DNA of 64,000 nucleotides from Eledone cirrhosa (lineage: Eukaryota). Location of the stretch: the NCBI GenBank assembly GCA_964016885.1, contig OZ024755.1, positions 19,468,001-19,532,000 of the forward strand. The letters run 5' to 3'. The notes beneath the pieces were generated by a model. It worked only from the letters and a program-made list of their open reading frames with translations. It had not been told where the DNA came from and did not search any database. Shown piece by piece: positions 13,059 to 26,260 of this stretch. How positions within the stretch are numbered: the stretch's first letter is position 1; the number at the start of each line of letters is the position of its first letter. The translations under genes were made by a program, and so were the position numbers.

Positions 13059-13755
13059 ATATATGGTATATTATTACACAAATGATATTTCAAAATCGAA
13101 ATATTAAATATTTTATGTAGTTATCACTATTAATGAATTAATTAGTTAGATGTGGCAATCAAAATGACAATATGTCATTACATTGATAATTATTATCAAA
13201 GAGACAATAACAGTTTAACCTTCACGTTTTATTGTTTTACTCTGTTGTGGTAAATAAATTTCTGTTGAAAAACTTTAAAAGGCATGTTAGCTTTCAATAA
13301 AACTGTTTCACATGGAAAGGTTATATGGTGCTAGGATCAACCCAATGTCCACAAGTTCATCCATTTAATTGTGTTAGTCTCAGTTGGTGGGTGAGAGAAA
13401 AGCTTATGGTAATTATCATAATGTGGAAATTTGCCAAGATGAGCAATATATATCATGCAGTGGCTATGATTTGAGTAAAAAGTTGTTTTGTTGTGTCTTT
13501 TTTTTTTTTTTTGCATTTTTTTTCTTTACCCCAATCCCACCCTATCCCTATTCCAATAAATATTTTTTTAATAAATTTTATTATAAACAACAGAAGACTG
13601 TTGTTGTTATAAGTCATGTTTTGATAACTGCAACAATTCTTCTAACTATTTCAAATAATTGTTTCTAATTTAGCTACAAAAATAACATTTTTTATTTTTT
13701 ATTTTTGCTGGGTGGGGGACAGGGAAAAATCGGTGGGGGACAGGGAAAAGTCGAT

Positions 13756-13936
13756 TAACCCTTTAGCATTTAAACCGACTGCATCCAGCCAGAATTCTTT
13801 CACTTCCTTCTGTTCAAACTGGGCATGACTGGCTGCTCACACTGATGTTAAGGTATTGTTCTCAAAATATATATCATCAAAATCTTGTAGATTTGATATT
13901 ATGTGAGATAAAGACTTTTACCATGAAAATACAATA
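13756..13936. mobile_element. Partial piggyBac-like MITE
   Basis: TTAACCCTTTAGCATT left end and family interior; right end missing. Confidence 0.65.
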
Positions 13937-13951
13937 GACGCTTCGTCTATT

Positions 13952-14252
13952 GAATGTTATCTAACCATCTTGCTCAGGGTCTACACCTGGGTCTCTTGCT
14001 GGATGGTTTTGCCCATAAAATATGTCCAGCGATTCTTTCCTGAGACATTCTAAACACATGCCCATAGTATCAGAGCTGTGATCTCTCAATTTGGAGAAGT
14101 AGCAGCTCTATCTGGAGTGACACTCTGATCTCTAAGCTATGCACTTTACCGAGTAATGTTATTCCATAGATCCTTCAAAGGAATCCCATTTTGGCTGCTA
14201 GTATTCACGATCATAATCTTTTGGTATTACTCAAGATTCATGCCCAGGTAAG
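13952..14252 (-). mobile_element. Decayed RTE-type 3' fragment (second family)
   Basis: Similar to 27935-28200 and 31288-31480; reverse strand reads GHV..M and GRPR..W-like motifs. Confidence 0.6.
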
Positions 14253-14469
14253 GGTTTATATATATATATATATATTAGGTATTAATTTAACAATGAAAAT
14301 AATAACAACAAAGTCGAGTTATTTTACCTATTCATATCATTGTTTATGATTGTTTTGGAAGGTTGATCATATTGACATATTCACTGATCTATATTTGTTA
14401 TATAACTATATTATCAGGGTTCATATATAAGTTCGATTAGACCATCTTCTTCAGAATATATATATATGT

Positions 14470-14781
14470 ATCATCATCATCATTTTATGTCCGCTTTTCC
14501 CTGCTTGCAAGGGTGGGACGGGAACTGATTCTGGCTTGATTTCTACAGCTGGATGCCCTTCCTAACACCAACCTCATTTACAGTGAGTGCTGGGTGCTTT
14601 TTTTTTGCCGTGGCACCTCCACGACCACTTTGCAGTGGAATGATAGGGACACCAGTCCCTATCATCTCATTTCTACAGCTGAGTAAACTGGAGCAATGTG
14701 AAATAAAGTGTCTTGCTCAAGGAAACAACACAGCACCCGGTCCAAGAATTGAACTCACAACCTTTCAATTGCAAGCCCAAC
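14470..14781 (-). mobile_element. SINE family A (5' end clipped)
   Basis: Reverse complement of family A. Confidence 0.9.
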
Positions 14782-14931
14782 ACAGACACAGACATGCATG
14801 CCTAAAAAACCAAACAAAAGTTGCTGTTTATAAAAAAAGCCTAATTATCCAATCAACCACAAGGAAACATGTATTTGATGAGTTTATACACTCATTCACT
14901 CTTAGTCTTATTTTTACACATATAATTTCAT

Positions 14932-15260
14932 TGCAGCAAAGAGTTACGTCCCTTTATGGTCTGAGTTCAAATCCCGCCGAGGTTAACTTTGCCTTTCATC
15001 CTTACGGGGTCGATAAAATAAAGTACCAGTAATGCACTGGTTAATTGCTGGCCTTGTGCCTAAAGTAGAAACAATTACCATTAAGCATAGAGTTACGTCC
15101 CTTTATGATCTGAGTTCAAATCCCGCCGAGGTTAACTTTGCCTTCCATCCTTAAGGGGTCGATAAAATAAAGTACCAGGCAGGCAGTGGGGTCGATTTAA
15201 TCGACTTTCCCTTCCCCCCAAATTGCTGGCCTTGTGCCAATCTAAGAAACCATTATCATT
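14932..15260 (+). mobile_element. Two tandem 5'-truncated SINE family B copies
   Basis: Two successive GAGTTCAAATCCCGCCGAGG...AGTACCAG cores. Confidence 0.85.
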
Positions 15261-15827
15261 ACAAGCAATAGAAGATTTTCATATTTCAGTTAACCCTATA
15301 CTTGCATCACAAAGCACTCTATTCAGGCACACACAGATACAGCCTCACACATAGCTAAACGAACAAAACAAAGGTTGTTGTTTATAAGAAAAGCTAAGTA
15401 AGCAGGACAGCTGGTTGATTAACACAGTGCTGGAGATAAAACAGCCAAACATCAAAAGATATGATAACCTAAAAAATTAACTGTTTGGCTCTTTTTATTT
15501 CAGAACTTCTTTCGTTCTCCAAAGTAAACAAACGTAGCTAAATGTAAACCACTGAAGCATTAATACTTCTTCTCTAAATGTAAATTCTTTAAATAGAAAA
15601 TACTGTACTGTGTTAATAGACTTTATATATATATATATATATATTCCATGCTAGTGTGGAAAAATGGACGTTAAGCAATGATGATGGTAATGATATATAT
15701 ATATATATATATCTCATCATCATCATTGTTTAATGTCCATTTTTCCACATTAGCTTGGCATATATATATCATCATCATTGTTTAATGCCCATTTTTCCGC
15801 ACTACCATGGAATATATATATATATAT

Positions 15828-16022
15828 ATAGGAACAAGTAAGACCCCGACGGCTGAGCTCAAACCGTTTCGACGGCTAATTCTAGTCCAGAATTAGCCGT
15901 CGAAACGGCTTGAGCTCAGCTGTCGGGGTCTTACTTGTTCCTATTACCCACTCTACTACCCTAAGTATTGAGTACTTTGGTGCGTTATGGTCCACCTGGT
16001 TCCTTACCACATTTCCTTCATT
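15828..16022 (+). mobile_element. Palindromic micro-element family P1 in (TA)n
   Basis: ~56-bp arms around TTTCGACGGCTAATTCT-agtcc-AGAATTAGCCGTCGAAA plus ~78-bp tail; other copies at 26695, 58975, 59190. Confidence 0.8.
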
Positions 16023-16786
16023 ATATATATATATATATAAATACAAATAAATTATCGAAAATCGGAACTTCGGCCCACGAAATAACGAAACACAATCTTC
16101 GAGATGTGCGGCAAAGTGCTCAATGGTTCGGATAAACCAGAGCTATAACTAACGTTTAATACCAACACACTGAGACGATGCTTAAACAATCATTCGCACA
16201 GCCAAAAATACGACCAAGAAAATTTGCGTCAGACAAATAAAAATATATATGAATATATATATATACACATAAACATATATCCATATGCATACATACATAA
16301 TTACCTACAAATATACATGCATACACACACAAACATGTATACACACACATATACATGTATGCATATATATATATAAAAACATATATAGACACCTACATGC
16401 AGTCAGACACTTACATACATACATACAGACAGATATACATGCAAATATGCATACATGCACACATATGTACAAATATGTGGACATGCTAACATACATATAT
16501 ACAGACATACTACGAGAACAGTTATTTCAAGAGATAATGTGAGAAACGTGTAAGATTTTCATATCTTCTTCTTCGCCCACTTATTCCTGAGAGGGTTGTG
16601 TCCTCAAATACTCCTTTCAGCATGTCCTGTCAGAAGAAACTGTCACTAACTTATTTGGCTGGATCCCCAAGTGAGATCAAGTGAGATGTTATCCAACCAT
16701 CTTTCAAAGCACTAATTCTCATTCTAGCCTTGCATCACTCAGCATTAAATGTATCGATTACCTTCTGTTGAGTAAAGTAACACCAT

Positions 16787-17123
16787 TCATTTCATTTCAT
16801 TTTACGTCCGCTTTTCTCTGCTTGTAAGGGTGGGACGGGAACTGATTCTAGCTTGATTTTTACAGCTGGATGCCCTTCCTAACACCAACCTTATTTACAG
16901 TGAGTGCTGGGTGCTTTTTTGCCGTGGCACCTCCACGACCACTTTGCAGTGGAATGATAGGGACCCCAGTCCCTATCATCTCATTTCTACAGCTGAGTAA
17001 ACTGGAGCAATGTGAAATAAAGTGTCTTGCTCAAGGAAACAACACAGCACCCAGTCTGAGAATTGAACTCACAACCTTTCGATTGCAAGACCAATGCTCT
17101 AACCACTAAGCCATGTGCCTCCA
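16787..17123 (-). mobile_element. SINE family A
   Basis: Full reverse-complement copy. Confidence 0.9.
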
Positions 17124-17149
17124 TCGTCTGCAAACTCCAGCCGACTGAT

Positions 17150-17495
17150 TTTACACTTGGCAGTTATGATACTACTTCCAACCTGGCAGCGCATGTCAAT
17201 CTTGTTTGTGTAAATAATGAACAGGAGATGTGACAGTATGCCCCCTTAGTGGCATCCGACTCCCACATTGAATAGTTTCAATTCAGCACCATTTATCTGT
17301 AAACAAATACTTGGGTATTTATAGAGACATCAGGGCAGTAAGGAGCTGACCATCAATCCCATATTCCTGCAGAACCTTTCACAGCAGGGCCCGATGAATG
17401 CAGTCATATGCCTTTTCTAGGTCAACAAAACAAGAATATATCTCTTGGCAATACTCCCACAATTTCTCGAAGACCTGCTGCAGTGTGAATATTTG
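17150..17495 (-). mobile_element. Decayed RTE-type RT fragment
   Basis: QIFTLQQVFEKLWEYCQEIYSCFVDLEKAYD motif. Confidence 0.75.
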
Positions 17496-17951
17496 GTTTG
17501 CTTGAATGAAAATCAATGCTGCAACAACTGGGACGGTCATCTTCCCAAAAAGAAAGATTTTCATTAAAAAAAATTATATAACCTTTATATTTCATATCTC
17601 TGGTTAACACAACACCTTATCATCTCATAAATTTTCTCCCTCTAATTAACACAACACCATGCCATCTCATAAATTTCCTATCATTGGTTAACACAACACT
17701 CTCCAAGATGGCCGTCAGAATTTGCACGTCTGTTTTTTTTTCTCTCCCAATTTTTTTTTCATAATTTTTCCCAGTTCCTTCCTCTTATTACTTTTTACTT
17801 TCTAGTCATATTCTATTTCCAACTCTATCTTAGACAAAGGAATAGTGTCCATAATGTTAAGTCTCTCTTCTTGCTATTTCAAACACTAAATATATTTCTT
17901 CCGTGTACTATGCTGTTTGTTTTGTTATTTCTGTTTACCCTTTACACAGCC

Positions 17952-17983
17952 ACACACACATATATATATATATAATCAGACAG

Positions 17984-18026
<43 letters not shown>

Positions 18027-18035
18027 CAGACACAG

Positions 18036-18066
<31 letters not shown>

Positions 18067-18195
18067 ATCAGACACAGAAACGCACGCACACACACACACA
18101 CACATATATATATACATACATATATATATACATACATATATATATATACATACATACATATCCTATATATATATTTCTGTTTACCCTTTACACAG

Positions 18196-18260
<65 letters not shown>

Positions 18261-18263
18261 CAG

Positions 18264-18330
<67 letters not shown>

Positions 18331-18335
18331 CATAT
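17952..18335. repeat. Compound (CA)n(TA)n array with AATCAGAC linker
   Basis: Direct inspection. Confidence 0.9.
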
Positions 18336-18649
18336 CCTATTCACTCCTCTATCCACATATCTGAACATACAAACACAGGTTTAGGATAGTTAAAATGTGT
18401 CTAAGTCTAAATAGGTAGTAAAACATGTAATAAACAATGTGAAGATGTTTTACAGGATAACAATACAATTGAATGCCTGCTTCAGCTGTCTAAATAGATA
18501 ATTATACAGATATATTACAGTTAACTTCAGTCAGAACACATGGTAGCATCAGATACATACAGTCTACAACTATGTTAAAAACAATACAAACATGTTCATA
18601 GATGACCATTAAATAGGTTTTGTTTGATTGCTGTTTTTTTTCTCTCACT

Positions 18650-18905
18650 GTTTATTGGTAAAGTCAGCTGACAGGAGACTCAGAGGTAGACTACAAGAGC
18701 TAGATGGTTTTGGATAACATCCATGAAACTCTGTTGGTCTTGTTTGGGGATCCAGCAGGATCAATTGGGGATGGATGGCTGCTTCAGATAGGACTTTCTG
18801 GAGAGCATGTCTAACTAAGAACGCTTGCCCCTCACCACGACGACCCTCTCCCAGGAATAAGTGGTGGGAGAAGCAGAAGGAGGAGAAGGAGGAGGAGAAA
18901 AAGAA
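18650..18905 (+). mobile_element. Decayed RTE-type 3' end (second family)
   Basis: Reverse complement resembles 27935-28100 (CCACTTATTCCTG.GAGGGTC). Confidence 0.55.
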
Positions 18906-20257
18906 GGAGTGAATGCCCATAGCTCTTTTCAAGGCTACTGAGACTAATGGGAGAGAGAGAAAAAGGTATCCTCAAATCAGAGAAATATGTGTGCACATAT
19001 ACAATAATTTCTAATGTTCCTTGATAATGTTCATTTTCATTTTAGGTCCCATAACTCCTGATGGATTTGTAGGAGTAACATAGTGGCATTCGGTGTTTTG
19101 GGAGCATTTTAAAACCTGGTGGGACCCATTTCTCTCCAGGTTCAAACACAGAAGATTTGTTCCAGAGAAGGATAGAAAGTTAGAGAGAGAAAGTGAGAAA
19201 GAGATATAGAGGAAGAATCGACCCCAGTACTAGACTGGTACTTTTTTCCTCAATCTCGAAAAGATGAAAGGCAAAGTTGACTTCCTCAGGATTCGAACTC
19301 AGAGATCAGAAACGAATACCACAAAGCATTCTATCCAATGTTCTAACAACTCTGCCAATTTGTCACTCTCTGTTAAGGTTAACCTCCGAAAAACTTAAAG
19401 AAACTAGTTCTATGTAATTGCTGGCAAGTATTTCATACAAAGTTATTATTTTTAACAAGAGACAAACTTTGACATATGAGGTCAATTTATGAGAGAAATA
19501 ATGAAGAGAATAAAAATAAAATTACAAAATAAAAAAACAAACAAACACAAATATGGTAGAAAAAAAAAGCAACAACAATTAAATATAAGAGAAGTGTAGA
19601 AATGACATTTTCTCATGGCTCGTCTGGAGACATCTGAAAAGCAATGACATTCTTAAGTTGGTGACATTTGACCAATGCTATGTTAAAAGGGGGTAATCTT
19701 TGTGGATATAAAAGTCTATAAACTACAGGTCTTATTCATATTAATAACAGAGAAAGTGTCATATTATGAAAAGAATATTATTTTCAAAAAATTCAAGAAA
19801 ATTCTAATAATATATGAATGTATATATATATGCGTGTGTGTGTTTATATATATATATATATCATCATCGTTTACTAGCATGACCCTTTGTGAAAGATGAG
19901 GTCAGAGGACCATGTTTTACTCGATTTAACGACTTATCTTTGAAAACATTTCTTTGAATACAAATCTTCGAACACATTTCTTCAAAATCAGATACTTCGA
20001 AGGCTCATTCACTTCGAAAGTATTTTCTTCAGAAAATCAAAACATCATTAACTTGGTTTCATACACCTTCTTTGAATACAAGATTGGGCAATAATCTGAA
20101 TAAAAGCGTAATCAAAACCCTAACCCTTGCTTGTTTTCTGAAATAAATCCACTTTGAGATCAACCCTCTCCTCTTAATCGCTTCTTAGGACATGCAATGA
20201 CACTGTGTACCTATACTAAACTCAATACAGATTATATATATATATATATATATATAT

Positions 20258-21553
20258 ATAGCGAGGAATTTAGCATACAAGTCAGTGTCCACCAGGGCTC
20301 TGTTCTTAGCCCTCTCCTGTTCATCATAGTTTTGCAGGCAATAACGGAGGAGTTTAAGACTGGATGCCCATGGGAACTCCTGTATGCAGATGACCTCGCA
20401 CTTATAGCTGAATCTATGGTAGAACTAGAGAAGAAATTCCAAACTTGGAAGCAGAGACTAGAAAGAAAGGGCCTTAAAGTCAACCTGACAAAGACTAAGG
20501 TCCTTGTTAGTAGACAAGAAAACAGAACCCAGATCCCCTCAGGAAAATGGCCTTGCTGAGTATGTAGGAAAGGTGTAGGTAGGAACTCCATTCTCTGCCC
20601 CAAATGCAAACAATGGGTACACAAGAGATGTAGCGGGATCTCAGGAAGCTTAACTAAGAGTGTAGGCCTCACATATAGCAGCTGTGCTGGGACAGCAAGC
20701 AGCAAACAGCCACAGGAAACAAGTACCACCAAACTCTGGGAGGGCTCTGTAGAAACAGTAGACGGCTTCTGCTACCTAGGTGACCGAATTAACAGTGGAG
20801 GTGGGTGTTCGGAATGTACAATAACTAGGGGAAGAACAGGATGGAAGAAGTTCAGGGAGGTACTGAAAGGCAGACTGTATGATGCGTGTATACGAACAGC
20901 AATGTTACATGGTAGTGAGACCTGGGCGCTGTCTGTGGAAGACTTGTGTAGATTAGAAAGAAACAAAGCCTGCATGCTCTGATGGATGTGTAATAGTAAT
21001 ATAAGGGAACGGCAAAGCATAAACGAATTGAAAGAGAGACTGAGAATAAGAGGAATCAAAGGCTGTGTACAGGAGAGGCAGTTGTGTTGGTTTGGACATG
21101 TGATGTATATGAAGGATGACAGCTGCATAAAAAGGTGCAGGGCACTAGAAGTCGATGGAAGCCGCAGAGTGGGGAGACCCAAGAAGACCTGGGATGAGGT
21201 GATAAAAGCCGACCTTACCCAATTACAACTCTCAAAGGCGACCGTGACCTCTGGCGTCACACAGTAATACAAAAGACCTGACCCCTTATGGGTACAAGCC
21301 GAAACTGAAGCATATAGATAATATGCCCCCACACCCTCCCACTGCAAAGTGGTCGTGGAGGTACCATGGAAAAAAAGCACCCAGCACCCACTGTAAATGA
21401 GGTTGGTGTTAGGAAGGGCATCCAGCTGTAGAAATCAAGCCAGAATCAGTTCCCGTATGAGCAAGACAAGGTCAGCCGACTGGCTACAGCCCACAACAGG
21501 ACAACCCGTCTAACCCATGCTAGCGTGGAAGAACCGATGTAAAACGGTGATCA
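20258..21553 (+). mobile_element. 5'-truncated, decayed RTE-type LINE
   Basis: [24 protein letters not shown], Cys-rich finger, WFGHV, GRPKKTW; stops; 3' tail module; starts at (TA)n. Confidence 0.93.
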
Positions 21554-21617
21554 TATATATATATCATTTCATCATCATCATTTCATTTTACATCCGCTTT
21601 TCCCTGCTTACAAGGGT

Positions 21618-21649
21618 TTATATATATATGTATATATGTATGTACATAT

Positions 21650-21702
<53 letters not shown>

Positions 21703-21710
21703 CATATATA

Positions 21711-21760
<50 letters not shown>

Positions 21761-21768
21761 CATATATA

Positions 21769-21818
<50 letters not shown>

Positions 21819-21825
21819 CATATAT

Positions 21826-21864
<39 letters not shown>

Positions 21865-22019
21865 CATATATATACATATATATATATATGTATGTATATA
21901 CATATATACATATATATATATATGTATGTATATACATATATATACATACATATATACATATAAATATATATATATATATGTAAGTATATATATAATGTAT
22001 ATATATATATATATATATG

Positions 22020-22057
<38 letters not shown>

Positions 22058-22088
22058 TATATATATAATGTATGTATATATATGTATT

Positions 22089-22120
<32 letters not shown>

Positions 22121-22162
22121 TGTGTATATATATACATGTATGTGTGTGTGTATATATATATA
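21618..22162. repeat. (TA)n-rich microsatellite
   Basis: Direct inspection. Confidence 0.95.
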
Positions 22163-24675
22163 TATCATCATCATCATCATCATCATCAGCGTTTAACGTC
22201 CGTGTTCCACGCTTGCATGGGTTTGGACGGGGGTAGTCCCACTTGAGGCAAGAGTGATTGTCTTGCTCGCATAGGACTGTCTGGCAGGTTTTCTACAGTT
22301 GGATGCCCTTCCTAACACCAACCACATTTACAGTGTGGGTCTGGGAGGTTTTTACCGTGTTGCCTACACGGCCACATTACAGCGTGGACTGTGTGTTTTT
22401 TGTCGTGACACCTACACGATCTCATTTGTTTCGGCCTCGATGGCGCGGCACCAACATAACTTTACATAGAACGGGGTGGTGTGGATCGGGTGGGGGTGGT
22501 GGGACGGGGTGTATTTGTTAGAGATGCCTACTGGCTGGAGTAGGTTTTACTATATATTTAGGTAAGGCGGGTCTTCTCTGTTACTGAGTACCGCCAAAGG
22601 TCTCGGTCCAGTGACATTGTCTTGGAGAGGTGTAAGTGTGTGATGTCGGAGTTTATCAGCTCGTCCCAGGTTTTTCTAGGTCTGCCTATTCCGTGACTAC
22701 CGTCTATCTTTATTGCCCTGCACTTTGTTATACAGCTATCGACTTTCATGCGCATCACGTGTCCATACCAACGTAGCCTTCTCTCGAGTAAACAACATCT
22801 GATCCCTCTTATCTCTAATTTATTCCTTAGTTCGTTTATGCTTTGCCGTTCACGTATATTACTGTTACACATCCAGCGGAGCATGCAAGCTTCGTTCCTC
22901 TCTAGTCTGCGTATATCCTCTGCACACAATGCCCAGGTCTCACTGCCATGCAGCATTGCTGTTCGTATGCAGGCATCGTACAACCTGCCTTTCATTTTTA
23001 GTGAGAACCCTTTAGCAGCTAATAGTGGTATAAGCTCTCTGAACTTTTTCCAACCAGTTCTGACTCTAGCTACAGTACTTTCAGAGCACCCTCCCCCACT
23101 GCTGATTTTATCGCCCAGGTAACGGAAGCTGTCCACTATTTCTATAGAACCCTCTGCGCAATTGAAAGAGCTAGTAGTTTGTGGGCACTTGCTGCTACTT
23201 ATTGCACCAGAGCACCGGCCACATGTAAAATCTATGTTCTTAGTTAGCCTACCTGTGATCCCACTACATCTTTTATGCACCCATACTTTGCATTTAGGAC
23301 ATAAAATGGAGTTTCTACCTACGCCTTTCCTACACACCGAGCACGACCATTTCCCAGAAGGGACCGCCGCCTTGTTTTCTTTCCTACAAACTAGTACTTT
23401 GGTCTTAGCCAGGTTAATTTTAAGTCCTTTTGACTCTAGGCCGTGCTTCCATGTTTGGAATTTCTTCTCTAGCTCGGCCATTGATTCCGCTATGAGTGTC
23501 AGGTCGTCTGCGTATAGGAGTTCCCATGGGCAGCCTGTCTTGAACTCCTCTGTTATGGCCTGAAGGGCAATAATAAATAGTAGTGGACTGAGAACAGAGC
23601 CCTGATGGACGCCGACTTTTACGCTAAACTCTTCACTATATTCGTTGTTAATTCTAACCTTGCTGACTGTTTCTTTATACATGGCTTGTATAGCCCTCAC
23701 AAGCCATTCGTCAACGCCTAGTTTTCTAAGAGCCCACCAGATAATGGAGCGGGGGACTCTGTCGAAGGCTTTCTCCAAGTCGACAAAAGCTAAGTAGAGG
23801 GGTTTACCTTTAGCTAGGTACTTCTCTTGTAGTTGTCGTACTATGAAAAGAGCGTCTGTGGTACTTTTGCCTGACACAAACCCGAACTGCATTTCATCTA
23901 GGTCAATTCTCTCTCTGATTAGTTGCGCTATTACTCTTTCCGTGACCTTCATGACCTGGTCGATTAATTTAATGCCTCTATAGTTACTCCTATCTAGGGC
24001 GTCTCCTTTACCCTTATAACAGTTAACGATGATGCTGCTATGCCAGTCCTTCGGAACAACCCCGTTTTGTACGACTTGGTTAACTATGCGGGTGACCATG
24101 GTGTGTCCCACCGTGCCAGATGCCTTCAGCATCTCAGCAACTATTTCCGAAGGCCCAGCCGCCTTACCAGTCTTCATATCCTTGATTGCCTTACTTATTA
24201 TACTCCCCTCGACTAACACTGCTGGTCCCTCTATTGGGTCGATATGGGGGAGACTGCCTTTCTCCCAATTATTCTCCTCATTTAGAAGCCTTTCATAGTG
24301 ACACTTCCAAGCTACCTTCTTATCAGCGTCGGTGATGGCAAGTGTGCCATCGTCGTTTAGTACACACTTCTCCCCGACAATATCACGGTTTTCCTTGACG
24401 CATTGCCTAGCAATCCTGAACACCTCACGTTTTTGGTCATCGCGTTGTAGAACATGCTTGAACTTTCTTTCCTCAGCTTCCCTTCTTGCTAAGTACACTT
24501 GTCTCCTAGCTTCCCTCCTGGCCACTTGATAGTCCTCTCTACTTCCCCCATCCCGCCATACTTTCCAAGCCTGCTTTTTGGCCTTAATTGACCCCTCCAC
24601 CTTACTGTTCCACCACCATGTTACTCTCCTCCTGCCTACAGGCCTGCTCCAGCCACAGACCTTGTCTGTCGCCAA
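22163..24675 (-). mobile_element. 5'-truncated, young RTE-type LINE
   Basis: Open RT frame, 3' UTR module and (GAT)n tail; (TA)n on both sides. Confidence 0.97.
22558..24675 (-). CDS. Partial non-LTR retrotransposon ORF: reverse transcriptase with embedded PHD-like finger; endonuclease missing
   Basis: 705 uninterrupted codons; [62 protein letters not shown]. Confidence 0.93.
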   Translation of the reverse strand: MATDKVCGWSRPVGRRRVTWWWNSKVEGSIKAKKQAWKVWRDGGSREDYQVARREARRQVYLARREAEERKFKHVLQRDDQKREVFRIARQCVKENRDIVGEKCVLNDDGTLAITDADKKVAWKCHYERLLNEENNWEKGSLPHIDPIEGPAVLVEGSIISKAIKDMKTGKAAGPSEIVAEMLKASGTVGHTMVTRIVNQVVQNGVVPKDWHSSIIVNCYKGKGDALDRSNYRGIKLIDQVMKVTERVIAQLIRERIDLDEMQFGFVSGKSTTDALFIVRQLQEKYLAKGKPLYLAFVDLEKAFDRVPRSIIWWALRKLGVDEWLVRAIQAMYKETVSKVRINNEYSEEFSVKVGVHQGSVLSPLLFIIALQAITEEFKTGCPWELLYADDLTLIAESMAELEKKFQTWKHGLESKGLKINLAKTKVLVCRKENKAAVPSGKWSCSVCRKGVGRNSILCPKCKVWVHKRCSGITGRLTKNIDFTCGRCSGAISSSKCPQTTSSFNCAEGSIEIVDSFRYLGDKISSGGGCSESTVARVRTGWKKFRELIPLLAAKGFSLKMKGRLYDACIRTAMLHGSETWALCAEDIRRLERNEACMLRWMCNSNIRERQSINELRNKLEIRGIRCCLLERRLRWYGHVMRMKVDSCITKCRAIKIDGSHGIGRPRKTWDELINSDITHLHLSKTMSLDRDLWRYSVTEKTRLT

Positions 24676-24697
24676 TATATATATATATATGTCGCAC

Positions 24698-24729
<32 letters not shown>

Positions 24730-24875
24730 GTATTTATATATATATGTATATATATATATATATGTATGTATATATATGTATTTATATATATATGTATATA
24801 TATATATATATGTATGTATATATATACATATGTATGTGTGTATATATACATGTATGTGTGTATATATATATATAC
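24676..24875. repeat. (TA)n-rich microsatellite
   Basis: Direct inspection. Confidence 0.95.
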
Positions 24876-25222
24876 AAACTTGCAAGCAGGGAAAAGCAGA
24901 CGTAAAATGAAATGAATGCAATGAATGAAATGAATATGTATTATCATCATTGTTTTAGATCCACTTTTCCATGCTGACAGAGGTTTGAAGGGGATGGTTT
25001 GAAACCAAGTTTTACAGCTGTATGTTCTACTTGATGTCACCCTTTCTTACAACACACATCCATACTGTGTATCGATTTTAAAAGATAGGATACATATATA
25101 TAATGAATCATCAAAATCTATACACATCTTCTCATCTATCGACCACTTCAACTTTTTCCATTTTTTTTCTTATATGCATACGACCCCCCCCTCCCGTTCC
25201 GTCAACTGTGTTGATGACACAA

Positions 25223-25826
25223 CAGTCCACACTGTAAGGTGGTTGTGTAGGAGACAAGGTGAAAAGGCTCCCAGTCCACACTGTAAGGTGGTTGTGTAGG
25301 AGACAAGGTGAAAAGGCTCCCAGTCCACACTGTAAGGTGGTTGTGTAGGAGACAAGGTGAAAAGGCTCCCAGTCCACACTGTAAGGTGGTTGTGTAGGAG
25401 ACAAGGTGAAAAGGCTCCCAGTCCACACTGTAAGGTGGTTGTGTAGGAGACAAGGTGAAAAGGCTCCCAGTCCACACTGTAAGGTGGTTGTGTAGGAGAC
25501 AAGGTGAAAAGGCTCCCAGTCCACACTGTAAGGTGGTTGTGTAGGAGACAAGGTGAAAAGGCTCCCAGTCCACACTGTAAGGTGGTTGTGTAGGAGACAA
25601 GGTGAAAAGGCTCCCAGTCCACACTGTAAGGTGGTTGTGTAGGAGACAAGGTGAAAAGGCTCCCAGTCCACACTGTAAGGTGGTTGTGTAGGAGACAAGG
25701 TGAAAAGGCTCCCAGTCCACACTGTAAGGTGGTTGTGTAGGAGACAAGGTGAAAAGGCTCCCAGTCCACACTGTAAGGTGGTTGTGTAGGAGACAAGGTG
25801 AAAAGGCTCCCAGTCTACACTGTAAA
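25223..25826 (+). repeat. 49-bp tandem array, 12 identical copies, derived from RTE 3'-tail module
   Basis: CAGTCCACACTGTAAGGTGGTTGTGTAGGAGACAAGGTGAAAAGGCTCC x12, running into the RTE tail. Confidence 0.97.
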
Positions 25827-25997
25827 CGTGGTTGGTGTTAGGAAGGGCATCCAGTTGTAAAAAAAAAAGAAAACCTGCCAGAGACGCTCCGTGAAGGTGA
25901 GACATGGTCTCCCAACCATTCCCACATCAAATGGAACAAAACGGTCTAACCCATGCTAGCGTGGAAGATGGACGTTAAACAATGAGGATGATGATGT
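25811..25997 (+). mobile_element. RTE 3' tail
   Basis: GGTTGGTGTTAGGAAGGGCATCCAG...CTAACCCATGCTAGCGTGGAAGATGGACGTTAAA-(GAT)n. Confidence 0.85.
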
Positions 25998-26134
25998 ATA
26001 CTTTCTTATTATTTCTTTTTCTCTCTCTCCCTCAAACATCCTATTCTATCTTCCAAAGAAGGACTGTCACCGGAAACATTAAAACTCTTTTCTAACTATA
26101 TCAAGCATTAAACTAATATCTCATTATTGGTCTT

Positions 26135-26260
26135 TTATGATCCGAGTTCAAATCCCGCCGAGATTAACTCTGCATTTCATCCTTACGGGGTCGATAAAAT
26201 AAAGTACCAGTAATGCACTGGGGTGATTGCTGGCCTTGTTCCAAAAGTAGAAACAATTAT
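26135..26260 (+). mobile_element. SINE family B, truncated
   Basis: Core and tail present. Confidence 0.8.

Noticed and set aside
24676-24921. N-terminal ~82 aa of the 787-aa ORF
   Set aside because: Translation of a TA microsatellite and an unrelated tail stub; LINE homology starts at ~24675
25223-25826. CRISPR-like appearance of this and the 48613-50275 array
   Set aside because: Head-to-tail units with no unique spacers; eukaryotic context; no cas genes
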